A DNA stretch of 64,000 bases from Camelus dromedarius (taxonomy: Eukaryota), in assembly GCF_036321535.1 (NCBI RefSeq), contig NC_087464.1, forward strand, positions 8,122,001-8,186,000, in the 5' to 3' direction. Shown in pieces: positions 46,441 through 57,585 of the stretch. Below the pieces are notes generated by a model. That model worked only from the letters and a program-made list of their open reading frames with translations, had not been told where the DNA came from and did not search any database. A program made the position numbers and the translations under genes. Numbering within the stretch: the stretch's first letter is position 1; every line of letters begins with the position of its first letter.

Positions 46441-47267
46441 TGGGTAGAAAATCACCTACTACCTAAGAGAAGAGAAAATGTTCATGGTGAATGATAATGC
46501 AAGGCCTAGAAGTCCGGATGGAAGCTTGAGGCATTACGAGGCCAGCTTTTCCAACAGGGTGTTGTCCAGGTAACCAGGCCCATGAGGTTCTTGGAAAGAG
46601 AAAGGGTTCCATGAGGTACTCAGTCTGGGAAACATTCCACGCTGCCTTCTCTTCCTGGAAATTCCCAGCTAGCACCAATACACTCCGGGCTTGGAGAATT
46701 CCTACAACAGTGAAAGTCAGCAATCCATCATTTCTAACACAAAAGACAACAGAGCCTCCTTTGTTTGAAGAGGGGGTCACAGCAGGAAAGCAGAGAATGT
46801 ATTAAATTTGGTGGAAGAAGGATTCTTTGGAAAGCCCATGGGAATGCTTTGCTACAGACATGAGTGAGACATTTTGTTTTAAATGCAAAAGTTACATTAT
46901 GAATGCATTTTAGGAATGCATTTAGGCCTTCACAAGGATTGCAGAAAAGCTCAATACCATTGGCAGCAAGAGCTACAGAGGGAGAGGCAGATCTGAGTTC
47001 AAATTTGCTGCCAACTGCCTTCTAGATAAACCTCCCAGGTTCACGTGGTTTGATTAAAATTTGGTTTTAAAGATCTTGGCACAAAGCCTCACACATGGCA
47101 GGCACTTGCTGTATGGAAACGATTGCCATTATTTTCATTTTACGGTAATAAATTAGAACAGCGTGGGTCAAGTAATCAAAGTTTGGCTCACCCATGGGAT
47201 TTGCCGACTTTCCCAGAGTTGCCCCTCCTCCCCTCTCCGGACAAATCGGTCAAGTTCGTAGTCGCGG

Positions 47268-47279
47268 GGCGCCATCTTT
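47268..47279 (-). promoter_or_regulatory. YY1-type motif (AAGATGGCG) in a CpG-retaining patch
   Basis: Plus strand gcgccatctt (47269-47278) equals minus-strand AAGATGGCGC; about 9 CpGs in 47161-47345. Confidence 0.45.
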
Positions 47280-48108
47280 CCTTCTCCACTGAATGGACTG
47301 GCAAAAGACTGAGCTGGCTCCCAGCAGACGCAGAGTCTGTCAGATGATGGAGCAGCAGTCCCAGTAAGGGGCCTGGCACACGCACACCAGGAGAGAATGG
47401 TCCTGCTGCGTGTGACATGGAAGATGCCGGAGGGGTGAGGGGAGCGCATATGCTGCGGGGCCTTCCCCAGGGGTGGGTGCGGGCAGCGTGGAGTGAACCA
47501 CAGCAGAAGCTGGCACAGGGCCAGGGCTGGGACATCCACCAGGATCCCTCAGGTACTCCCATGGCCCCTCCTGGACACATGCACTGGCTTTCATTCTTAA
47601 TTTTGCGAACAAAAGAACAGAAGTAAAATGTGGTTTCTTTGGAGTAAAAAGTTCCCAAACAGAAGAAAGGAGTGAGGGAAAGGAGAAGGGGACCCATCTG
47701 GGGGCCCATGTTCATCCAGACAAGCCATGGTTTGTTTCGAACTGGGGAGAAGCTAGGCTGGGCTGCGGTCAGCCGTGTGTCCTGCCTGTCACTGACCGAG
47801 TCACCGTGCCCCCCTGCTGTCTGGACACAGATCCTGCAAAAGTGCCAGGTAGGCACAGGTCCCTGGGGAGCAGCCACAGAATTGTACGAAGGAAGTATCT
47901 GAGAGGCAGGAGGGGACAGGCAGATTGGGTGAGCAGAGCAGCATTGAAACTTCTCTTCTTGAGATGTTTTACAAATCCTACTGTCATGGTAGAGTGAGTT
48001 GATCATTCAAATGGGGACAATTTTGTGAGTGAAAGGTGCTCTGTAATAATTACTTTAGGACAATGAGCTTACGCGGAGTGTCCCAGGCAAACCAGAGCAC
48101 GGGACCGC

Positions 48109-48516
48109 TGTAATGGCCTGAATTGCTTCCCCCGCAAAATGCCTCTGATGAAGGCCTGACCCTCAGTATCTCAGAATGCGACTATATTTGCAGAGTGGGC
48201 TTTGAAGGAGGTGATTCAGTTAAACCGAGGCCTTTAGCGTGGGCTGCAACCCAATCTGACCCGTGTCTTTATAAGAAGAGAAACTTTGGACACACAAAGA
48301 GACACCAGAGAAGGGTACACACAGAGGACGGACCGGGTGAGGACACAGAAAGAAGGCGGCCGTCTGTGAGCCCAGGAGAGAGGCCTCAGGAGAGACCAGA
48401 TCTGCCCACACCTTGATCCTGGACTTGCAGCTACCAGAGCTACGGGAAAATAACTTTCTGTTGTTTGAGCCCACCAGCCTGGGTTAGTTTCTTATGGCTC
48501 CCCAGCAGATGAAAAA
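48109..48516 (+). mobile_element. MaLR solo LTR (MLT1A-like)
   Basis: Starts 'tgtaatggcctgaattgcttcccccgcaaaat'; contains 'cagtatctcagaatgcgactatatttgc...aatctgacccgtgtctttataagaagag...gagaggcctcaggagagacc...caccttgatcctggacttgcagc...ctgttgtttgagccc'. Confidence 0.9.
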
Positions 48517-48613
48517 AGCCACTGATTTTCTCCAGCTTCCCTCGTCTATAAAAATCAAGAGAACCATGCCCACCACCCAGGATTAAATCAGATAATATAT
48601 ACGATGCTTATTA

Positions 48614-49038
48614 CAGGCCCACCTCGGAGATGCATTGCAATAAACCAAGTATTATAATAAAATGAGTCACACAGATTTTTTGTTTTCTCAGTGCATATAA
48701 AAGTTACACTATACTGTAGTCTATAAAGTAATAGCATTATGTCTAAAAAAATGTACCTGCCTTAATTAAAAAATACCTTAATGCTAAAAAATGCTCAACA
48801 TCATCTGAGCCTCCAGCGAGTCATAGAAGTAATGTGAAAGGTTGCTGATCACAGATCACAAATGAAATAATAATGAAAAGTTAGCAATGTTACAAGGATT
48901 ACCAAAATGTGACACAGAGACATAAAAGGAGCAAATGCTGTTGGAAAAATGGTGCCAATAGACCTTGCTCGACACGAGGATGCCACACACCTTCAATTGG
49001 TAAAATGCTCAGAAGCACAACACAGCAGGATCCGCCTG
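48614..49038 (-). mobile_element. Internally deleted Tigger1 derivative (TcMar MITE) with TA TSD
   Basis: TA at 48612-48613 then 'caggcccacctcggagat'; internal 'cagtgcatataaaagttacactatactgtagtct' and 'gctgttggaaaaatggtgccaatagaccttgctcgac'; ends 'gatccgcctg' then TA at 49039-49040. Both Tigger1 ends are present without the transposase. Confidence 0.88.
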
Positions 49039-50389
49039 TACGTCGTCCTGTGCTATCATGTGATGTCTATACACCTGGACAGACATAAGCCTGCCTAAGA
49101 CCACACCCCAAGAGGTCTTGGTTTTATCAGTTCCGTACATTGCACGGGGCTCTTAATGATAAAACCAGCAAGTCCATCAGTCGCACATGGCCCTGGAAAG
49201 TACTAGCCTGAAGGCTTTTTCAACTGGGACCTTTAGGAAGGAAACAACAGGATTGCTTGACAATGACTAAACCCACACTCCGGAATGTGAACTAGATACT
49301 CAGTTTATTAGAATGTGGTTAATGTAAACACAATCCCACATCACCAGGCATTTGGGGATGGGCTGTGGCATTCTGATAGGCAGGCTTTCCAGGTCAAGGC
49401 TGCCAGGGGACAGACAGCACCGCATGCATCTGGGTAGGTAGCTCATTGGCAAGGCTCTTCCTGTTGCATGGCCACATCCTGCTGACCCCTCCTGAGGGCC
49501 TCCTGCAGCTCTTCACCACACCTGCCCGAGGGCAAGGGGTAGGAGGGGGGCTTCGATCTTATATCCTGACTCTCCTGCCTCTGTGGCTGTCTTCAGGCCC
49601 CTTCGGCCATGGCTCCAAGTTCGTTCTATAATCAAGCTTGGTGGATGCCCAAGGAGGCCTGCGTCTTCCACACACTCCGCCAGACGCCAAGCCTGGCTGC
49701 CCTGGGGAGGGCAGGGGGCTCTTCCTCCACTGGGGCTGGACTCCACGCAGCTCTGCCTTTTCCATCCGGGCGCTCTGGCCTCTGCCCCCTTAGGACCTGT
49801 GGCTCCTTCTGCATGGAAATCGCATGGGGCCAAACACCAGGAGGGGCATTCCGTCAGGTCCCAAATGTCTCCCTCCTGGCTAGGTGGCCCCAAGAGGTTC
49901 TGTGGAACCATTGCAACCCCATGTCGGGAAGGAGGCTCCATGGAGCAGTGCCCACAAGCTTTACTGGGCATGACTCCAGGTTGTCACCTTTTACTCTTCT
50001 GCGCTGAGGAATAAAGAAGGCCTTGCCTCTCCTGGTGGGAGGTATGCGGGAGCCTGCTACATTCACGGAAGCAGGGGCCAGCTTCAGACAGTCATGCCAG
50101 TACCTCCTGAACCCTAACTCTCTGCCCAGAAGTCTTCAGGGAGCAGCGGACCGGGCCAAGGGCAAGCAGGAACAAGGCCATGGCAAGCTGGGGCCAGAAC
50201 ACCTGGCCCTGGGGTTCAAGTTCTTCTCACTCTGATTAATTTTCCTCTCTGGGCTTCAATTTTTCTCCTTGGCTGAGGCTTTTCTGACCCTTTCCCACTA
50301 GAACATGCTGAAGTCAAGAGATACAGCTCTGCCCAGCAAGAGGCTGATTCCTATTGAAAGACAGGCCTCACTAAAGAACCAAATCCATT

Positions 50390-51100
50390 TAGTCACTCAA
50401 CAAACAGCCATGTAGAGCCTACTATTAGGAACTCATTCATTTATTTACTCATTTATCCATTTATTCACCATCTTTCTTATGATGTATCAGGTAATGCTTC
50501 TAGGCACCTGGGATTCATCAAGGAAACAAACAAGGCCTTTATCCTCACGGGAGGGTGCAAAATATTACCATTCAGGAGCAACCAGATGTGATGTATTAGA
50601 GCAAATCAGAGCTGGGCAGAAAATAAAGCAAGGTTAGGAGGTTAGCTGTGCCTGGGAAGAAGGGTGAATCCAAATTTCTAGAGGATCGTCTGTGAAGGAC
50701 CCTCTAATTTGAGCAGAAAACTGATGGGCTGAGGAGGTGAGCCTGGTGGAGAGCAGGAGAAAGGGCATCCTGCATAGGGGAGCAGTGAGAGCTGAGCTGG
50801 TCATGTTGGGACCGACGTGGAGCTCAGGGAGGCTGCCCAGAGTGAGCCGGCAGGGGAGTGCTGGGAAGTGAGGCCAAGGGGCAATGGTGGCAGGATCAGG
50901 AAAGAGCCTTGGTCAGTGGAAGGACTTTGGCTGTCATTCCGTTAGATTTGAGCCAGGGTTACCTGGCCTTGCTTACATTTTAAAAGGATCATTTTGACTT
51001 TTATGTAAATAACAGATGTTGAGAGAATGTACCAGAGTCAATCAGAGAGACCTATAAATTAGAAAGCGATTACAACAGTCAGGGTGAGAGGGGATGACAC
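50390..51100 (-). mobile_element. L2 3' region, antisense
   Basis: 'tcactcaacaaacagccatgtagagcctacta', 'tcattcatttatttactcatttatccattt', 'aggaaacaaacaaggccttt', 'gtggaaggactttggctgtcattcc', 'tacattttaaaaggatcattttgact'. Confidence 0.75.
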
Positions 51101-51319
51101 TTGGCTGGGGTTTTCTGTAGTCCACCTGTGTTGTGTGAAGCGGTTAAAAGGATGCCCTCCAAGCTGGTCCTGGGAGATGTTTACAGTGTAACGCTGGTAA
51201 GGGTGTACCACGTGGGACGGAGATCAACACAGCCATCTCTAGGGTCCATCCGGTGTCTGCCGTATACCAGGAACTTTCCATACCCTATCTCCAACTATCA
51301 GAGCAGTATTTCACGATAA

Positions 51320-51450
51320 TATGATCGCTCCTGAATTATTACTAGAGAAACTGAGACCCAAAGAAGTTTAAGCCCCTGGTCTGAGACAACACAGCCAGTA
51401 CTTGGCAGAACCAGGTCTCTCTCCCAATTCCATCTGTCTCCAGATCTGCT
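51320..51450 (-). mobile_element. MIR fragment
   Basis: 'gagaaactgagacccaaagaagtttaagc...acacagccagtacttggcagaaccaggtctc'. Confidence 0.65.
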
Positions 51451-53057
51451 GTTTATTCACTCCATCCTAAAGCATTTTGCATATTCCTTTTTCATATGGG
51501 ATCCCTGAGATGTAGCACCTTTTGGTACCTGAAAACTCGAACAGTTCTAAAAAAGATTCCCATAAGCCATATCTTTATCTCTTGTAAGTTTCTGGCATCT
51601 GACCTCCCCTTGTCCCCATTTTCATCATAAAACATATTGAATCCCCATTGAGAGACTGATCTGAAGCTTCCATACCCTTCCAGAAGTGTAAGCATACTCT
51701 TCTATTGGAAATGTCCTATGTGAATAACCTGATAAACACCTCACCCTCTGATGTCATGGGTATAAATGAAAAACAAAACAAAAAACACCTACAAAAATTG
51801 TGAAACAGTTTATTCTTTTGGTCTTGCCTTTTATTAGATCAAATTGTGATTAATATGACACATTTTTTTTCTGTCAAATTTGAAATAAACTTGACCCTCA
51901 TCAGCTAAATATTTTATTCCTCTAGAAAAATGAATTAACACTCTGATCGTTTTAACACAATCAAATATCCTTGATGGAAGAATGTATTTCCTTTGGGCCA
52001 GGTCTCCCTCGGTCAAGTGAAGCCAAGCCATGAGATGGTTACCTGGCCAATCAGAACAAAATCATTTTTACCCTCAATCATCTATGGAATTCAAGACAAA
52101 CTGTTTTGTTTTTGTGTTTGTCTGTTTTTGTTTTTGTCAATTACCCCTGCAGTTTTATCTGTTTTTAATATTAGTGTGGGACCTGAAGGCATCTGAGATT
52201 GCTCTGCTTTTCAGAATTTTTGTACTCAACAAACTGGATCCAAGACAGCCCAAACTTTGCCTGGAAGTGGTGGGTCTTTTTCTCGAGTTCAGAAAAAGCT
52301 TCATCTGAGTGTCTGGAAAAACGCGGCCTGAACTGTGATCTGAGTCACTGGGAAGGTCGGGTGAAGGCCTGGTGCCCCCTCCCCTTGAACCCAAGCTGAA
52401 CCGGGCCCAGGTGGCTGTGGTGCCTTTGTGACCTCCCACATGTGTTTTGACTCAACCTTCAGCCCGAAACAACTGTCGGGAAAGAACAAAGGGCTGTTTT
52501 CTCCAAGGGTCCTGGTCGCTGACCTGGAAAGGGTGATGTTTGTCAAGGAGATTTGGACAGGGCACCTGCAGGCGGGGGCAGGGTCGGCAGTGAGGGTGGA
52601 TGGTTGCGGCTGAATCCTCAGCACCTTGAAAAAGCAGCGTCCCCAAGATAAGGCTCTTTCTCCCTCCCAGCAATGTTCTGCCAATGTGTTTGTGTGGAAG
52701 GTGGGCCTCCTGTAACTTTTTAGGGCTGCCCCACATTTTTGGGCTGATCCACCTACCCCCACTCCACCACCTACCCAGGTAGAGAGTCCCTCAACGTCTT
52801 TAATGTCAGGCTCTCCTTGGGGGCACAGAAGAGGTCCAGCAGAGCTATGTATGTCCCGTCTCGCTCTCCCTTAAAAAGTGTGATGTGTTAACCATAAAAT
52901 TGAAAGGCATAATAACACACTTCTTTTTTATGGGCTCTGTTAGGCTCAAATAAAAGGAAATGTCCTACAGACTTTGCATTCAAAGTACAGGCACTGATTG
53001 GAAGCTCTCAGGAAAGTGGTCCCCCCCTGAGACCTACTCAATCATAATCTGCATTTT

Positions 53058-53260
53058 TTTTATTGAAATATCCTCAGCTTACCATGTGTCAATTTCTGGT
53101 GTACACCGTAAAGTTTCAGTCACACATACATGCATACACACATATATTCATTTTCATATTCTTTTTCATTCTAGGTTACTACAAGGTGCTGAATGTAGTT
53201 CCCTGTGCTATCCAGTAGAAACATGTTTATCTATTTTACATCTAGTAGTTAGTATCTGCA
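53058..53260 (-). mobile_element. 5'-truncated lineage-specific L1 3' end (203 bp), antisense, with a 12-bp TSD
   Basis: Poly-T, then 'attgaaatatcctcagcttaccatgtgtcaatttctggtgtacac...tagttccctgtgctatccagtagaaac'; AATCTGCATTTT at 53046-53057 and 53261-53272. Confidence 0.92.
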
Positions 53261-54624
53261 AATCTGCATTTTAACATGCTCCCAGGGATCCTTTTAATGT
53301 TTGAGAGGTGCTCTCTCTGAGTCCTCTGGGTCCAGTGCGTCTGGTCCTGGAGGTGGCTGTGTGAACTTGGGCAGACTCTTTAACCTCTCTTGGTGTCAGT
53401 GTCCTCATCGATACACTGGGGACAGGGGACTCTGGACGAGTGCCTCATGCCCAGCCCAGTATTTGGTAGGGAGCAGGGGTCCTGAGGATCTTCCTCCTGC
53501 TGGGTGGGTACAGCACCCCCTGGGAGTCGGAGCAGTGTCAGCCCGGATCACATGGGGACATGTGACTGCAGCCATGGACAGACAGCTCAGGAAACGCTGC
53601 CAGCCCTGACTTGCAGGAAACAGCAGGCTCTGTTGCGATGCCAACCACCTGCCAGGCTCAGCCCAGCCCCTACTGCTGAGCGCACCGCATCCAAGTGCCA
53701 GTCAGCTGCAACAAACCCCAGTGGGCCCCCAACAACAGGTGTCTCATTACACATCTCTCACCCTCCCTGGCTTACCCACTGACAGGCACCAAACTCTCTC
53801 TCCATCACTGCTTAATCACAGCCAAACTCCATTAACAAGTCATACTAATTACCAACTTCTATCAGTGTCTCCAGTTTGGAGGCAAAGTACCTTATTCTTT
53901 TTAGGTAAAAACTGGCTTGTGATCCTTCAGGAAGACTCCTAATTAGGTTCTTTAAAATGGGGGAGAAGGGGAGGAGGCAAGGGAAAAGCTGATAGACCCT
54001 GGGTGGGTTCGGTCCTGAAAGGGCACAAGCGAGGCTCTGTTTGTTTTAATTTCGTGCCTGCTGGTGGCCCGCAGGGGTCCAATTAGCTTGTTACAGCTGC
54101 TTGGATTTGGTTCCATCCTCTTGTCTTGTCCTTCCTTCCTTTTTTTTTTTTTTTCTCTAAGCAGGATAAACTTGTAGCACAGATAGCAGGCCTGCAGACA
54201 TCCAAAGAGCAACAACTCGTTTTCTGTGATCAACCCCCCCGTGAACCAAGAACTCTCATCTGCAGAATTCCTAACGCATAAGATGAGACAGGGAGGGGGC
54301 TTGGCCTGCGCTGGACGTGACTGTAACAAGATCTGGGGCAGTTTTGAAATGGCCAGACGGTAGATACTCTTGGAGTGAGAGCAACTTTGCAGACCAGCTT
54401 TGTGTCTTTTTCAATTTTATATTGGATCATAATAAAATTATTATTGTGATGGCTTGTCTTACCTTTCCCATCATAAGGCACCCCATTTTATTATTTGAAA
54501 GGGATTTTACTTTATAGAAAAACTTATATACATAGAGAGTATACTTTGCCAGTCAAATACAACAAATAATATAACATGTGAAACGCTGTTGCTTCAATGG
54601 GCCAATTCAAGAAGTTCTCACATT

Positions 54625-56900
54625 TGTGACAGGGAATAATTGGCCTTAGACTGGGCACCGTGCAGACCTGCCTCATATAGCTTAAAGGCAAGACCAGAAA
54701 GGATAGAACCATTTCTGGGTTATTTAACTATGTCACAGATCAAAGTTCAGAATATTTATGGGAATACAAAAGTACCCAGCAATCAACAAGGTAAACTTCA
54801 GTGTCTATCATCCAAACAAAGGTTACTAGGCATGCGAACAAGCAGGAAAGCAAAATCTGTGATGAGGAAGGTAGTCAGAATTGACCCAGAAGTGGCGCAG
54901 ATCTTAGAATCAGCAGAAAAGAACATGGAAACAGTTATTATGACTTTATTCCATGTGTAAAAAATGTGAAGTAAATAGAGAAAGAATGTAGAGAAAACCC
55001 AAGTCAACGTTCTAGAGATAAAAATTACGAAGTTGGAGAAGCAGCACATTGGGGAGGAGTAATGACAGAGGAGATTTTTAGTAGAAAAGATTAGTGAATT
55101 TGAGACACAGCAGTGGAAATTATGTAAGTTAAAAATAGAAGTCACTCTTTTAAATGAACAGAGACTTAGTAAGCTGTGGAACTACTTCAGTCAGCCTAAT
55201 ATATGTGTCAGTGGATTCCCAGAAGAAGGATGAGGGGATACAACAAAATCTGAGTAATGCTCACATGTGTTCTAAATTTGATAAAAACTATAAAGAAGCT
55301 CAATAAATCCCAACCACAAGACATAAGAAGAAGAAAACCACAGCAAGGCACGCTATAATCAAGTCCCTCAAACCCCACAGTAAATAGAAATCTTAAAAGC
55401 AGCCAGAAAAAGATACCTTCTGTACAGAGGAACAAGGATGAGGATTCTACCAGACTCCTTGTTAGAAACAATGCAAGTGAGAAGACAGTGGAACAGGATA
55501 TTGAAAGTAGTGAAAGAAAAAACTGTTGAACTAAAATTCTATGTATATTAAAAATACCTTTCAAAGATAAAGGCAAAATAAAAATTTTTCTCAGATGTAC
55601 AAAAGCAAAAAGAATTAATCACCCGTAGATCTGCCCTACCAGAAAGCTAAAAGAGATTCTTCAGGCAGAAGAAAAATTATAGCACGTGGAAATGTGGCTC
55701 TATACAAAATAATGAAGACCATCAAAAATGATAACTAAATGGGTGAATATACAAGACATTTTCTTATTATTTAAATTATTTAAAAAGACATTTTCTTATT
55801 ATTTAAATTATTTAAACAAAAATAATAACAATTTACTGTAGGGTTTGTGACAAAGAGAATAATGTTCATAGACAAACTGATGTCCTCAGCTTCTAGCTTA
55901 AGAAAATGGAAAAATATGTGCCTGTGAAACCCAAAGTAATAAGAATAAAGGAGTTAATTATCAAAGTGGAAATCAACAAAATAGAAAAAAGAAAAACTTT
56001 TGAGTTAGTCACAGAAATAAAATCTGCTTCTTTGGGAGGATCAATAAAATTGATAAACCTCTAGTCACACTGGTCAAGAAAAAACAAGGCACAAAATACC
56101 AATATCAGGAATTATGTGGGTGACATCATAACAGAGCCTACAGATATTAAAAGATGTAAATATAATATTATGAGCAATTTCTTAATAATAAATCAGACAA
56201 TCTAGATAAACTGGACAACTTCCTTGAAAGTTTTAAACTAACAATGATCTCTCAAGAATAGCTCTGTATCTACTGAATAAATGCAATTGGTAGTTTAAAA
56301 TCTTTCAAAAGAAAATTACAGGCCAGATGACTTCACTGGTAAATTTCACCAAGCATTTAAGAAAAAAAAATCCCCAAAAAACCAATTCTTTACAAACTGT
56401 GAAGATCAAGAAGTATTTTTCAACGAATTCTTTGAGATTAGCTCTACGCTGATCCAAAAATCAAAGATATTACAAAAAAGAAACCTATAAACCAATATAT
56501 CTATATGGAAGAATTCTAAAATAGTTTGATCAAGTCAAATACAACAATTTATAAAAAGGATAATACACAGGATAAAGTAGAATTTATCCTAGGAATGCAG
56601 AGTTGTTTCAAGATTGCAAAATATCAATCAGTGTCATTCATTATGTTATCAAAATAAATAAGAAAAGCCTTATGGTCATCTCGATAAATTAAATAAACCA
56701 TTTTGAAAAAAGATCTAACATCCATTCTTGATGAAAATTCTCAGCAAATTTAGAGGGGAACTTCCTAAACCTGATAAAAAGCATCAATTAAAAACCTCCA
56801 GCTAACATGATCCTTACAGCTAAAGACTAATTATTTCCTCTCTAAGATCGGGAACAAGAAAATACCATTAGCTCTCATAAATTTCAATCAACATTGTACT
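54625..56900 (+). mobile_element. Ancient L1MC-type element: 5' end, ORF1 and partial ORF2 remnants
   Basis: 'ccttagactgggcacc...gcttaaaggcaagaccagaaagg' (L1M 5' end), ORF1-like 'ELTQKWRRS/PEVAQILESAEKNMETVIMT', and ORF2 phrases 'tcaataaaattgataaacctctag', 'ggcccagatg'-like 'ggccagatgacttcactggtaaatt', 'tcaatcaacattgtact'. Confidence 0.85.
55753..55816. repeat. Perfect 32-bp tandem duplication
   Basis: aagacattttcttattatttaaattatttaaa at 55753-55784 and 55785-55816. Confidence 0.95.
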
Positions 56901-56904
56901 ATAC

Positions 56905-57585
56905 TTTCTTGCCACAGCCGAGCTCATAGGGCTGCAGCCAGAGCCACTCAGGTTTTGGCCTCCCCATGACAGGGCAGGGAGCAGCACTGCATGAAGGAGA
57001 AGCCCCAGCTCGCACCTGGTTCTGTAGCCATTCTGCCTCCAGGTCTACCTCCAACCAGGGCTGGGCCGGACAGTGACCTCAGGAGAAGATGTAGCCTCCG
57101 CTCACTTTAGGTCCAGCTCTGCCACCAAAGCCTCTGGGCACACACAGACCACATAGGGATGCTCCCACACAGGGCACACCAGGATAGGTGACCGTTTCAC
57201 AGGGACAAGCAAAGAAAGTCAAACAAAATGAGAGAGCAGAGAAATATGTTCCAAACAGAAGAACAGGAGAACCTCCCACCCCCTAAAAAAACCCTAATGA
57301 AATGGAGGTACTTCACCTAATTTACCTCATAAATAGCTCAAAGCAACAGTCATAAAAATGCTCACTGAAGTCAGGAAAAGAATAGAGGAATGCAGTGAGA
57401 ACTTCAACAAAGAACTAGAAAATATAGAAATAATCCACCAGAGCTAAAGAATACAGTAACTGAAATGAAAAATACACTAGAAGGAATTAACAGTAGGTTG
57501 GGTGATTCAGAACAGCACAAAGGAGCCTGGAAGACAGAATAGTAGAAGTCGACCAATAAGAACAACATACAGAATAGAAGAATTT
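56905..57585 (+). mobile_element. L1 5' UTR end plus the first half of ORF1 (younger family), truncated
   Basis: GC-richer UTR, then 'aaaatgagagagcagagaaatatgttccaaac...atgctcactgaagtcaggaaaagaatagagg...gtgagaacttcaacaaagaactagaaaatat...gaaatgaaaaatacactagaaggaattaacagtag'. Confidence 0.85.

Noticed and set aside
47258-47275. Retroviral primer-binding site (minus-strand TGGCGCCC...)
   Set aside because: It diverges from tRNA-Lys PBS sequences after 8 nt and no LTR lies immediately upstream.
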